The position numbers and the translations under genes were made by a program. Positions 1-12,150 of a stretch of DNA of 64,000 bases are shown here, piece by piece. Source of the stretch: Camelus dromedarius (Eukaryota); assembly GCF_036321535.1 (NCBI RefSeq), contig NC_087437.1, forward strand, positions 72,914,001-72,978,000, written 5' to 3'. Position 1 is the first letter of the stretch. Each line of letters opens with the position of its first letter. The notes under the pieces were generated by a model. It had not been told where the DNA came from. It saw only the letters and a program-made list of their open reading frames with translations, and did not search any database.

Positions 1-819
1 TAGTATCTTGGTTTCTTTAGCTTGATAGGAACAATTAACTTTTTTAAAAAAAAATCCTTTGAAGAATTAGAACACTCTCAGATTTAGAATGTTCCTTGCT
101 TCTTTTTTTTTTAAATAGAAAATCTGGGAGCCAGTCATCAAAACTATGCTTTTATAAAAGCTCACCGTGTCACCTTGTTTTCTAGTCCTTGACAGTTGTC
201 TGATCAGAGTTGGGTGGCCTTTGGCACATCTCTTCATCTCACTGAGCCTTGGTCATATGTAAAGCTCAGGGGGTCTCGAATGTCCATTCTAGTCCTAAAG
301 TTGTGTGACTGACTCCAAGGTGGGAATGGAGAGGGGTTATTATGGAAGAGGTACAGTGAAAGGGGAAGGATTGCAGGATACGACCCAAGAAGCTGATTCT
401 TCTTAAAACTGATTAAATCCTAGGACAACTTTTTCTCAGTCTGTGCTTGGAAGTAAATACATGTTTATTCCCAAAATATCTTCCTATTATTCCAGCCTGT
501 AAACATATTTGCCAGATTTATAGAGGTCTCCCAAGTATCAAAAAAAGTCACATATAGGAAGGATTTTAAAAGTGACAGATTGTAGCAAATATAGAACCAA
601 GGCATTTTTGCCTTTGTCTCATGACTGTCGTGGAATCCTTGCACACGGATTGAATTGCTTTTAAGTAGGCAGTCAACAGTAACATGAAACAGAAATGCTG
701 TGACAATGGCTGGGTTAGGCCTCTCGTTTCCCAGTTTCTGAGCTGAGAGTTAGGAGAGGGTGGGGCTGCTCAATAATCCACAAGTACCATGTGTGCGCGT
801 GTGTGTGTAGCTAAATCGA

Positions 820-1520
820 ACTTAAGCCATTCAAGTTTCTGTATCTTTCTCTTTCATTTGTTACCTTCTTGAGTGTCCACTATCTGTTGGGCACTGGTGC
901 TATGTGCTCAGGGAGGAAGCAGTTACTAAGAAAATAATCACACCAACACATAGATGATGATGAATCATGAAAATGCTAAGAAGGACAATGAAGGCTATAA
1001 GGAGAAACTAAAACAGGGTCCCTCATTTAGATTATGGAATCAATGAAAGGCCCCTCTGAGGAAGCAGCATGAGGCAGGAGCAGGGGGTAGACAGGAAGAA
1101 ATTTCAGGCAGAGGGACAGACTGAGCCTGAGGTAACGAACAGCTAGGGGGAGTTACAAACAAACAAACAAACAGAACCACATCCAGCCCCGAGAGAAAAA
1201 CAGCAGGGAACAGGGCTGGAAGGCTCGCAGGCCTCACAGACCTTGATTGGGACTTTTAATTTGAACACATTATTATTCTTACTGTTTTATATCTTACTAA
1301 TTAGGGCTCTAACACATCTGGCTTGTGTTTTTAAAGTCTTCCCCTGGCTGCTCTGAGAATTTGTCTGGAGGAAATACGGGAGGTTTGTTTGTATTTGCTG
1401 TAACAGTGCATGGACGACTGAGGGTGGCTTGAATTGTCGTAAAGGAGCTGGGGACAAGTGGGCAGATTTCTGATGCATTTTGAGGGTAAGAATAACCAGA
1501 ACAATGACACAATGACAAAG
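820..1520 (-). mobile_element. L2 fragment
   Basis: ttgagtgtccactatctgttgggcactggtgct...aaggcccctctgaggaag...ccctggctgctctgagaa, typical antisense L2. Confidence 0.7.
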
Positions 1521-2639
1521 TAAACTTTGTCTTCGCTATGCTGGAAGACTCTGGAAAGACAGAAGGGCATTCTTCCATTTCCACTCAGAGAACAGGCCTT
1601 TCCGCGTGGCAGCAGGCCAGCTGAGGCACTTCGGAGGACTATCGGGGGAGGCAGGGGAGGTGGGGGAGGACTGGGATCTCTCATGACTTGAAGATGGCGG
1701 AGGTGAGTGGTTTTATTCAATGTGTATTTTATTTCAAATAGATATGGTAGGGGCCAAGTTCTGCTGTCACAGGGCTGCCTGGAGACCGACAGACCTTTGA
1801 TGGAGGCCACTGTGAAGCCAGTGTGATGAGCCCTGACGCAGGGCCCCTGACTCCAGCATTCCACATAGAGCAGAGGCAGCTGCATGCCAGTGGACACAAG
1901 CTTGGACAGCCGGCACTTCGCCGACAGACTGAAATTTCTAGTCAGGGTGCCATCTCTTCTCAGCCGTTTCTATTCTCCTGCCATCTCTGGGAGGGAGAGG
2001 GTCTCTTACACATTGCTGAGATGCAACTTCTCATGACTGGAGGGTGGAGGCCTATTTATCAGATTAAAAATAAAGAAATGCATACAAGTATATCTATTCT
2101 CATTCACATACCTAACACTTCTGGCATCTTCAGCAAAAACCAGACATTCATTGTTCATGTTAATGATGTTAGTGGTGGACAGCAGGCAGTTTTTAGAACA
2201 GGATTGGCAAGTAAAATTTGAGAAAATGTTACTGAAAAGGGACTGTGCTGGAGTAAACATGGAGACAGCTGGAGAGCAGGTGGCTCTCTTCACATCTGGG
2301 AGCCACGGAAAACAATGGTAAAAGAGGCATTCCATCTGGTTCCAGCCCTCAGCCAAATGCTATATAGGCCCTGCTTCTCGTCCCACCTTCCAACACGAGA
2401 CCAAAACAGGCAGGCCTTCAGCACAGACGAGAACGGGAAAGGCAGACCAAAGGCCTCGCCATTAGTGGATCAGGGCAGAGGTCCCGGTTCACTCCGTACG
2501 TCATGGCCCAGGGGGTCCAGCCCCATCCCTTTGGCTTTCTCAAATAATTCAGAACACATGTTGGTGGGAATATACGTTGTTTAACCTTTCTTGAGGGCAG
2601 AGCCGGGGGTATCTCTAAATAACCTTAAAATGTACATCT

Positions 2640-3150
2640 CCTCCCCTCTCCTCACTGGAAATGAATCAATCACAATCTTCACTCATGACCTACACAAGGT
2701 CTTCTTTTGCCTCCTTGTTTACTTGTTTGTGATAAATCCTTAGAATGCGCCACCCAGAACAAATGCTCAGACATTAATAATAACTGATGTTCAACCGTAA
2801 GGCCTGTGGATTTTGTCCTTCTGGGTCTCTCCGCTCTGAGGTAGCCTGAATCTCATATTCATCATCATCTAAATGCTTTCTCTTTTATATAGATTTCTGT
2901 GTAGCATTTGTATTTCTAAAATTTAATTTTTGTTCTCTATGTATATTTGTGTACATACATATATATGTGTATTTAATCTTTATGAATTTATTTTTTATTT
3001 ACTAATATATTGTTGAGCTATCCATAGTGTCTCATGATACTCTGATGAGCTCATTGTGGCAGCTGACTAATGTCACATTTTATACAGTGAACCTCATCCA
3101 TGCCTTCTCCTTTTGATAGGCATCTGGGCTGTGTTCAGTTTTTACTGGCT
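2640..3150 (-). mobile_element. Old L1M fragment
   Basis: tgataggcatctgggctgtgttcagtttt and neighbouring sequence resemble an antisense L1 3' region. Confidence 0.6.
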
Positions 3151-3169
3151 TAACCCAAACATCCCAATA

Positions 3170-3930
3170 GGAAGTAGTCAAAAGGTCTGACCAAGCACTT
3201 CAAACAAGAGAAAATACGTATGTGGCTAACAAAAATATAAACGATGTTGAACGTCAACAGAGATCAGGAAATGTAAATCATGATTTTAATAAAATAGCAT
3301 TTTATGATCATTTGATGATAAACATGAAAAGGTCTGGGAAAAAATAGGCATCAGAGAGGCTGCGAATCCACAGTATCACTTACACATTATTGGGGTAGTT
3401 CAAGTTGATGCAACAATTTCAGAAACAGTTTTCATTCTCTCTTAAAGGAGAGCACTCATCTACCCCATGCCTAGGGTGACTATCTATGTACATTGCCTAA
3501 ACCAAGACACCTGTGAGAGTAAAAAGAGGCACTGACAGCTAATTCCTGGGTCAGCAGGAATTAATTGGGACTGACTTGGGAAACCAGAGACATGGCTCTT
3601 TGTGCGAGACCTGGAAAGTCCACTCCCCGGAGACAAACGTTGCATCTGTCCAGAGGCGTTCACAGCAGCCTTATTCATGGGAACAAAATCCTGTGCACAG
3701 CCTTTCACTCAGCAAATGCAATATCTAGGAACTTATTGTTGGGAAAGGATACTGGCTAAGAACAAATATTTATCTGCTAGGTCATTCATCAAAGTACTCC
3801 TATAATACTGAAAACCTGGAAACTACCCAAATATTGACAGTTCAGGCTTGGAGAAATGATTGTGGTACCTTCATAAAATGGGTTATTAAGCAGTCAGTTG
3901 AGATTAACTGTATATATAAAGAGACCAGGA
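3170..3930 (+). mobile_element. Old L1M fragment(s), ORF2 end/3'UTR
   Basis: tggctaacaaaaatataaacgatgttgaac...atcaggaaatgtaaat; gttcacagcagccttatt; ctggaaactacccaaat. Confidence 0.7.
3472..3600. mobile_element. hAT-Blackjack-like MITE (MER81/MER94 type) inside an L1 fragment
   Basis: tagggtgacta start and gggactgacttgggaaaccagagacatgg end motif. Confidence 0.55.
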
Positions 3931-5129
3931 GGATGCATTTTACAAAATTCATAGTAGATGTAAGTGGCTTCCTAGGAAACATTTAATTTTTTAGTTTGCT
4001 TCTCCATATTATTATGCTTCCCTACAAAATCATTTATGTCCTTATTTATTTACAAGTGAAAAAGAGAAGCAAACCAAATGAAAAACAAATCCTGCCACAG
4101 CAGAGTGCTGTTTGTGCTAGAAGCTGTTCTGTTATTGATGCTCTGTTATATGTCATTTTATCCAGTGTGCCCCGGACAGGCAGCTTTCCTTACACTTTGC
4201 TCACCTCACTAAACAAAAGTTTCTTCTGCATCCCTGAAAGGTTATCTCTCTTGGTCAACACACCACTGCTTAGGTGGCCACGGACATGAGTGAGTTCACT
4301 GTCATGGTCTGGCTCCTTAACTGCAATCACTCAGCGACCCACTGAGAGTGTCCTAATGCCGTAAGTGCTGTGAAGAGAGTGTGAAGAGGCTACTGATTAT
4401 GTGGATTAGAAACTTCTGGAAGGGAAAAACTTAACTTTTCAAGGACTTTGGGGCTTGGTTCCTTATCAGAGAAGAGATATTTACCTGAGGAGCTGGAGTC
4501 AGTTTGCTTTCGTGGTCAGGAAGGAGGCAGCTGGAGCCTGCCTGGAGTCAAAGGGCAGCAGACCGAGCCGTCATGCTCTGCAGCAGGAGCCTCTCGCTGG
4601 CCAGTCTCCAAATGGACAGTTGTGTCTATTCCTGACAGGGGAAGCTGAATATTCAGGGCTGTGCTGCAAGGCCTTCAGAATTAGGAAAACTGAGGGTCCA
4701 GCCTATTTCTAAGCAGGAACAAACATTAGGAAGCTAAACTTCTACCTCCTGGTAGCTGACTGAGCTGAAAGACCTCTGAGGTGATGGTAAGATCCAGAGT
4801 GGTTTGAAGCCTCCAGCTGGCCTCCTCACCCCACCCCACTAAGCACCTCAAGCTCATGGGGACACTACAGCAGCTATCCCAGTGATGGAACTGCATTCCA
4901 AAGTTCTGACGTGGCTTTGGCCAATAAACTCTGGCCAGATCATGGACTTCACCATATGGAAATGGTGATCATCAAAGAGGTCATGTTTCCGAGATCTTTC
5001 AGGGACTCAGTCTTGCATTGTTCAGGTGGCAAAAGTAAGGGTCAAACAAAAATGCTCAAGGCACATGGCCCCAGGGACAGTAGCTTGGCCAACTTTGGCA
5101 CAACTAGCGGTCATCACTACCATACTAAA

Positions 5130-5480
5130 CACTGTTTATTGATGCATTCCCTATGTGAGGCAGACACTGTATGCATTATAAGTATATAATACACATTGTC
5201 TCATGTAATTCTTTTTTTTTTTTTCTTTTGGAGGTCCTGGGGATATAACACAAAACCTTGTGCATGCTAAGCACGCAGTCTACCACTAAGTATTACCCTC
5301 CCCTCTCTCATGCAATTCTTAACAAGAATTACTTACAAGGTAAGCTACTATCACTACCATTTTACACATGAGAAAACTGCATCTCTGAAAGGTTAAATAA
5401 CTTTCCCAAGTCCACAACCCTAGTAAAGAAATTTGAGCTCAGGACCATCTGAACCCAAAGCTTACTCTCATTCACTATAG
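5130..5480 (-). mobile_element. MIR (interrupted by a vic-1 SINE)
   Basis: ccattttacacatgagaaaactg...aggttaaataactttcccaagtccaca core. Confidence 0.75.
5214..5305 (-). mobile_element. vic-1-like tRNA-Ala-derived SINE (short form) inserted in a MIR
   Basis: Reverse complement resembles tRNA-Ala(AGC) plus an A tail. 15-bp TSD tctcatgtaattctt (5199-5213) / tctcatgcaattctt (5306-5320). Confidence 0.85.
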
Positions 5481-6071
5481 TTCATGGCTTCCTATGTGGA
5501 TATGGCAGAGAATTTCTTTCTCTTTTTTAAATAGAGAACATACTTATACGCACTTAGAGCAAAACTGTTTTGTTCTTAATAGCCTTTAAAATCATCCAGA
5601 CAGGAAAATATATGCTAAACGTGTAACCAAATATGAATGGTGTGTCCTTAATTGTTGGTTGACCAGATGACTACCTAATTCCCATAGAAAGTATATTATT
5701 ACAGCTTCTAAGAAAGAGAACTAATCAGGAGTTCTACTGAAGACAACAATCTTTTCTTCAAAGGAACTCCTAATCTGATGCCAGGAATCTCATAGAACCT
5801 TGAACTACAGGCATAATTTGTTGTTTAGCAGAACCCTCTTTGGTTGCGAGGAGCATTGCTTTGTTCAAGGCTTTGTTCTAAAACCTGCAGCAATGACTGG
5901 GAAGAATAAAGCTCAGTTTGCAAAAGAGTCAAAGAGGGATTCGATGTGTAAATTTTGGTGTTCCTTTCTCAACAATTTCACTCCAGCAAGGGGAAGAACC
6001 TAACGTAGCTCTCATAACGACACTTTTCTGCCCACAATCTTGCAATGCTTTCCCTCTGCCAACAAGGGAAG

Positions 6072-6106
<35 letters not shown>

Positions 6107-6363
6107 GAGCATCTACTATGTGTCTGCTGGATGCTTTCCCATAAGTTATCCTTTTAATCTTTAAAGCATCCCTATGGGATATGTTTATTCATTCCATTTT
6201 ACCACCTTACCTCAGTCTTTTTTTCAGAGAGAAAGAATAATAGGTAGATAGATTGCAGAAGGAAACAAGAGAAGAAACAGTTAAGTGTCTTAGAGGGGCC
6301 TTTTCACTTAGAGAGTGTCGCATTAATGTCATTTAAAATAATGTTTACATATCTTTTCTCTTC

Positions 6364-6394
<31 letters not shown>

Positions 6395-7985
6395 CCTTTA
6401 GAGGATGAAGGCCTTGACATTAAATAGCAGGACTGATGTCCACAAATTCCAGGTCGACTTCCGATCTGGACCAAGTCTATCACAATGTCAGTCTTTTAGT
6501 TTTCTGTCAGAGGAGGCAAACCACACAGATCTAACCCCATGGCACTCATAGGACACAAAATAACGCCTTTTCAAAGCATCACTTTGGAATGATATTAAAA
6601 CGGAAAAGGCATAATGATTCTCTAGGCCTGGCAATTTCTCTGCCTGAGTTTCTTTCTCTTATTCTTTAACCACATTTAAAGTTAAAATATCTAATCCACT
6701 CTCTTCCGGGGGATCAGTGGCCTGCTCAGATCAAAATGCATGAAGTGATCATATTGGTTTAAGTGAGGAGCCTATTAGTGACCAGGAGTTTTGGCTCATT
6801 TTCTGTTCTTGCTTCCATTCCAGTCTTCGCCAGATTAGAGGATTCCTAACCATCTATTTCTAGTATACTTACTGAAAAATTTACTGTTTTATTCTCAAAG
6901 GTTTATTTTGGGAGCCTACAAAGTCTACATTTATTTTAAAATTGTAGAAAAAGAAGTATTTCATGTATCTTCAACTTGATGTTTTATCTTAGAGAAATAT
7001 GCAGTAGGGCTGGATCCACCCCAGAATAGCCTGGGTGGGCTGCCAGTGGCTCTGCCCTGGGATGGTACTTTCTTCTGGGCTGTGTCTGTGGAATGACTTT
7101 CCTTTCTCCCCTGGGGGCCTATGTCTTCTTGGAGACGAGGTGGGCCAGAAGGGAAATGGAAAGTTCAGAAGCTCGGGCCACCAGCCATGTCTTTGGAAAT
7201 GGATGGAAGCAAATTGAGCACTGTGGTTCCAGCTTGGAAGTGCTTTATTCGGTGGCATGTACTCAGCCATGGTCACACACCATCAAAAGTCAGGAGAAGA
7301 GTCTGTGGATGACTCAGTGTGGAAAGCCCTTACTTGCAGCCTTTGAAACTCAAGTGCAGAAAAGTATCCAAAGAGAAAGAAGAATCTTCAACATATAAGG
7401 ACCATTTGATTTTAAAATATCTGCACTCTAAAGAAATTCTGTTAGCATAGCCTGCTATAGAGAACACGATAAATACCCACAGTGGTGAGTTATTGAGCTG
7501 TTTAGAGAACATATCCATCTTGAGTAACTCAAAGCCATGAGGATAAGACTTTCTTGGAGTTTCTCAGGTTATATGTGGAGTTCCTAAAGGCCAAGTAGCT
7601 CATCTCAGGTAGACAACATAAATACCAAGAAAACAGGAGGACTATGATATTCCTAAGGAATGAGGGAAGCAGCCAATTCTTGAAGCGTGATACCCTGATA
7701 GGTTTTGTCCTTGTCTTCTCTGTGCTGATTCACATGAGGTCATTGGTTCCACCCAGTGTGGATGCGATCCACTGACACCAGACATCAAAGGTCACTGATC
7801 TATTCATATCTTTTCTTCTGGCCCCAGGAAAACTCTTAATGATGTTTACTTCCACTCTTTTCTTTATTCTATTTCTGAGCATCTCTCTAGGGAGACTCTG
7901 ACTGGGTATGGAACTCTGGCTTGGTTTGGGAAGTTCTTTGAGATGGGAAAGAATGTGTCAAATATCAGCTAACCATCTTGTAGGG

Positions 7986-8156
7986 CAGTGGTTCTCAGAG
8001 TTTGGTCTCTACACCAGCAGTATCAACATCACCTGAGAACTTGCTGGAAATACAAATTCTTAGGTATCACCTCAGACCCAGGTGAATCAGAAACTCTAGG
8101 TTGTGGGTCAGCACTGCATGCTTTAAGAAGCCCTCCAAGTGATTCTGAGACCACTG
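7986..8156. mobile_element. MER5A (hAT-Charlie)
   Basis: TIRs cagtggttctca...tgagaccactg; internal catcacctgagaacttg and gaatcagaaactct. Confidence 0.85.
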
Positions 8157-9564
8157 CTGCATACCTGTGAATGCTCTTATTTGAAAGCTAGTAATGGGAG
8201 AAACAATCACATGTGACACGGCCTTGTTGAAACGTTCTGTTCTGCCAGGTAATGTGCTTTTTCCCCTCTGTTCTTGATCAGGTACTGCTAGGTTATTCCT
8301 AATGAAACAAAACCTGAAGTTTCATAACATGGGAATGTGAGGGCTTAGTGCTATTTAAAATAGTACGTGAGAATCCTGCCCCAGTAGTTTACAGGCTCCA
8401 GGAGGCAAGTCATGCAATTATCTCTGCAAAGGCCAACTTCAGACACTTAGACGAGCCACTTCCCATTCATCATTTGAATCAGTACATTCTGCTAATAATA
8501 TCACAAAGGTGTCATCGGACCCTTCCCTCAAACAAAATGTGTCTTTATTGAGCACATTACTAAAGCACAGAGAGGGTGTCTCCTTGGGTTTTATTTATAC
8601 CATACTATGAAATCTTAGATGAGCCAGTGCCGTGGAAAATGTCCATAGAAGGTAATTATCGGGAGAGATTTGTGGAGACTGTGGTTTGCTTGATTGAGAC
8701 TCCACAGGTCTCCTTAATCTTAAATAGGCTGTTGTGATTCAGTCTCTGACTTGAGCCTGGGGGGCACTGCTCAGCGTCTGTCTTTACACAACCACTGGTT
8801 ATCCCTGGTGCACTGGGTATAGCAGGCTAGTCTTTCTTCTGATGTAGAAGCATGTGCAAGACGTAGAGCTGGAGGAGTATTTAGATATTGCCTAGACCTA
8901 CTATTTAGAGACCTACACAGAAGATGCATGTCCCTGGACCTACAGCAGTTAAACACTCAACACCATTTTCACATTGTATTATAGTCTACTAGGCTGTCAT
9001 CACTACTAAACTGTGAGATCTTTGAGAGCACAGACTTCATTTTAATCATCTTTGAATCTCTGATAACTAGCATAGTGTCTGGTGTGCCATAGATTCTTAA
9101 AAATTTTCATTTCTAATGAATATATGAACCTTGAATTTAACCTCTGGACTTGTTTGTAGGTTCTCTAAGATAAGGCACTGAAATGATCAGCATTTATTAG
9201 AATAGGCATCTGGGTTTCTATCTGGAAACCTGATTAGGTAGTTTATTCCACCTATTTATTAAACATAGAATTATAATATCTTAGATTTTGAAGGGACCCT
9301 TAGATTGTCTGGTAATGATATCTTTGCTCACTTTGCACATTTTTTTAGAATGACAAATTGTAGCCCAGGCAAGACTTCTTACTGGGTGGTGGGGCCTGGG
9401 CCAGTACACAAATGCCCAAAGTCAGTGCACCTGCCCCTCAACTGATGCTCTATCATAACCTCTCAGTTTAAGCCATTTTCACAACTCAGACCTAAATTTT
9501 TGAAAGGAACAAGGGTATTTTTAGTAAGCCACTTTTTTTTCAGACAGGTCAAACATAGTCCAGA

Positions 9565-10190
9565 ATTGTAAAATCTAGGATTTTAGAGAGGGCCTTAGAG
9601 ATTATTGGTCCAACATCCTAACCCAGACAAGGATCTCCTCTATAAACTCCCTGATAGAATGACATTTAGTCACTGTTTAAAATTCTTCACTAGTGGGAAT
9701 GTCAGTAGCCTATTTTTGAACAAATCTAACTGACACAAAATTCGTCCTTTTATTTAAGAGAAAGAAGTGTTGCCGAACATTTTGATGCACCACATGCTGA
9801 CATCTAGAACTGCACAGCATGAATCTAGTACTTCCTCATGGCAGTTGTTCCTGAATCCAAATGTAATTTTCATCATCAACATCCATCTCTTCTCCAAGCA
9901 AAACATTCCTTGAGTTGTTCTTCAAAAGACAGGGTTTCCAGAACCACTATCATTCTGGTTGCCCTTCTCTGACTATCCTCCAATTTGCCAATATCCCAAT
10001 TTAGATGTAAAACCCAAAACTAAATATTTTAGATGTGGTCTCATGGGTAGAGAATGCAATAGAATTTGCTTCCTTTTTTTGTGTGTCCTACATTTTTGTT
10101 AAGGAAGTTTAGAATTGTATTAATTTCTTTGCTTCACTACTTGCTTCTTGTTGTGTTTTAGGTCAGTTAAAAACTCCAGGTCTTTTTTTG
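9565..10190 (-). mobile_element. CR1/L3 fragment (3' end)
   Basis: ggccttagagattattggtccaac...cattctggttgcccttctctg...tttagatgtggtc. Confidence 0.6.
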
Positions 10191-10199
10191 AGTGGGGAA

Positions 10200-11260
10200 G
10201 AAAAGATTCTTATTACATTCAGTATTCATAAATACATTCCAGAGGGATTAAAAGTGTACATGTAAAAAATAAGAAGAGTACTAGAAGAAAATATTATATT
10301 TTATTTGGAGATTTGAGAAGATATTTTAAGCATGACTTTCAAAGACATAAGTCATGTACAAAATATTGCTATATTTTGTTAACTATAATTTATAACTTCA
10401 ATATGGAAGAATCATAAATAATATTAAAAAGTTGGAAACCAAGAAATACGTTTATAAAATATATAACAGGGATTTAATAGACCTAATATCAGTTTTTTAA
10501 CTTAAAAAATATTAGAGGGGAGGAGGTAACAAGTTGTATTTATTACTATTTTTTAATTATTGTTTTTTCAGCGGAGATGCTGGGGATTGAACCCAGGATC
10601 ACACGCTTGCTAAGCATACACTCTACCTCTGACCTGTACTCGCCTCCCAATAGACTTAATATCAAATAACATCTTGTGAATCAACTGAAATAGACAAAAG
10701 AAAAAAGGCCATGAATCATAGAGTAACAAAGAAAGAAATAAAATGGCCCACAAACATGATGAAATGTTCCAACAAACTAGCTTCCAAATGTGCTGGCAAA
10801 CTTAGACTGGTAATAATGAAAATAGCCAATATCCTGTGTAGAAAAGTATCTGGCAGAGCTGGGCTTCTCATACACAGCTAGTGGGACTGTATCTTTGTGT
10901 CACTTATTTTAGGATAATTTGGAAATGATAATAGAAGCCCAATAAAGCAATAGCCTTTCTTCCTATGATATTATTGTCCTAAATTCATTCTAAGTAAAAT
11001 ATTAAAGATGTGACAAAGAATGTCATTATAGCATTAATTATCACATAATGGGAATAATAAAGTTCTAACAGTAGGGGATTGGTTGAGTAATGAGTTCAAT
11101 GTCTGAAATTATAAAATTGATGTTGTAGAAACACATTTACTTCAAAATATAATGAAGTGAGCCAATATGTTACAAAATAGAGTGGTGGCATTTTTACAAT
11201 TTTTGTGTATATGATACATGTGTACTAAAGATCTGGGAGTTAACTTACCACAAACACATC
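10200..11260 (+). mobile_element. Old L1ME-like fragment
   Basis: aataaatacattccagagggattaaa...aaatggcccacaaacatg...ctcatacacagctagtggga...aacagtaggggattggtt. Confidence 0.7.
10492..10648 (-). mobile_element. vic-1-like SINE (long form) inserted in an old L1
   Basis: tRNA-Ala-like head (gctggggattgaacccagg...gctaagc...ctctacc). 16-bp TSD aatagacctaatatca (10476-10491) / aatagacttaatatca (10649-10664). Confidence 0.85.
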
Positions 11261-11289
11261 TCATCTTTGTACTCAGAAATATCAGTTTT

Positions 11290-11665
11290 ATCAATCAAAA
11301 TAGGTTAGGTTTTGTTGCAGTAAAAAATAGTCTCCAAATCACAGTGACTTAATGCAACAGCCAAATCTTAACAACAAGCGATGGGTTCTGGCTTGTGCTG
11401 CAAACCGACAAAGGTCACAAGAGAGGGGGTCTGCTCATCAGATCCACTCAGAGACATAGGCAGATGGAGGCTCCAGAAGCTTCCATTGTCACGGAGGCAG
11501 AAATTAAAGATGGGACAACTTGCACACACTGCATGACACTTTTGCTATTTTGTTGTTAGAAGGAAATCACAAAGCCATGTCTTACTTCAAAGGGAGTCAG
11601 GAACTGTAAGCTTACAGTGAGCTCGGAAAGAGAGCTACAGTTTTTGTGGACAGTTCTGATGACTC
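11290..11665 (-). mobile_element. Old MLT1 (J/K-like) LTR
   Basis: taggttaggttttgttgcagtaa...ccaaatcacagtgacttaa pattern. Confidence 0.6.
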
Positions 11666-11799
11666 TCACACTGACAATTTTTCCTTCCATTTGCTTGTTT
11701 GTATTTTCTGATTTTTCTAAATCAACATATAGAATATTGGATGAATAAAAATTACTTCCTACACATGTGTCCTTAATTGTAAGTTCATGGGATGTTGGC

Positions 11800-12150
11800 A
11801 ATGAAATTTATTGCCAGTTAAAATATCTTTCAATCTTGATCTTGATTTTATTAACCAACACATTTTCCCTCCCAGTTTGGTGCTTTTGGCAGTTTTGAGA
11901 AGTATCATCTAAATTATCATCATCATAATACCAGGCAGAGTGAGCATTATGACACGTGAGAGAGCTCCTTCCAAAGGACATGGATCTACTAAATCATTTC
12001 CTTTAATAGGTTTGTTCAATCAACTCTGAATCTACCCCATTGTGCTTTCATATAGTCCTCAGTTTACCATCTGGTTCTTAGTGATATGATAACAAACTTT
12101 GTCAAATGTCTTACTGAGATAAAAGTTCCTCTTTGGTATTCAACTGATGT
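11800..12150 (-). mobile_element. CR1/L3 fragment (probable continuation)
   Basis: ccctcccagtttggtgc...tttgtcaaatgtcttactgag motifs. Confidence 0.5.
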
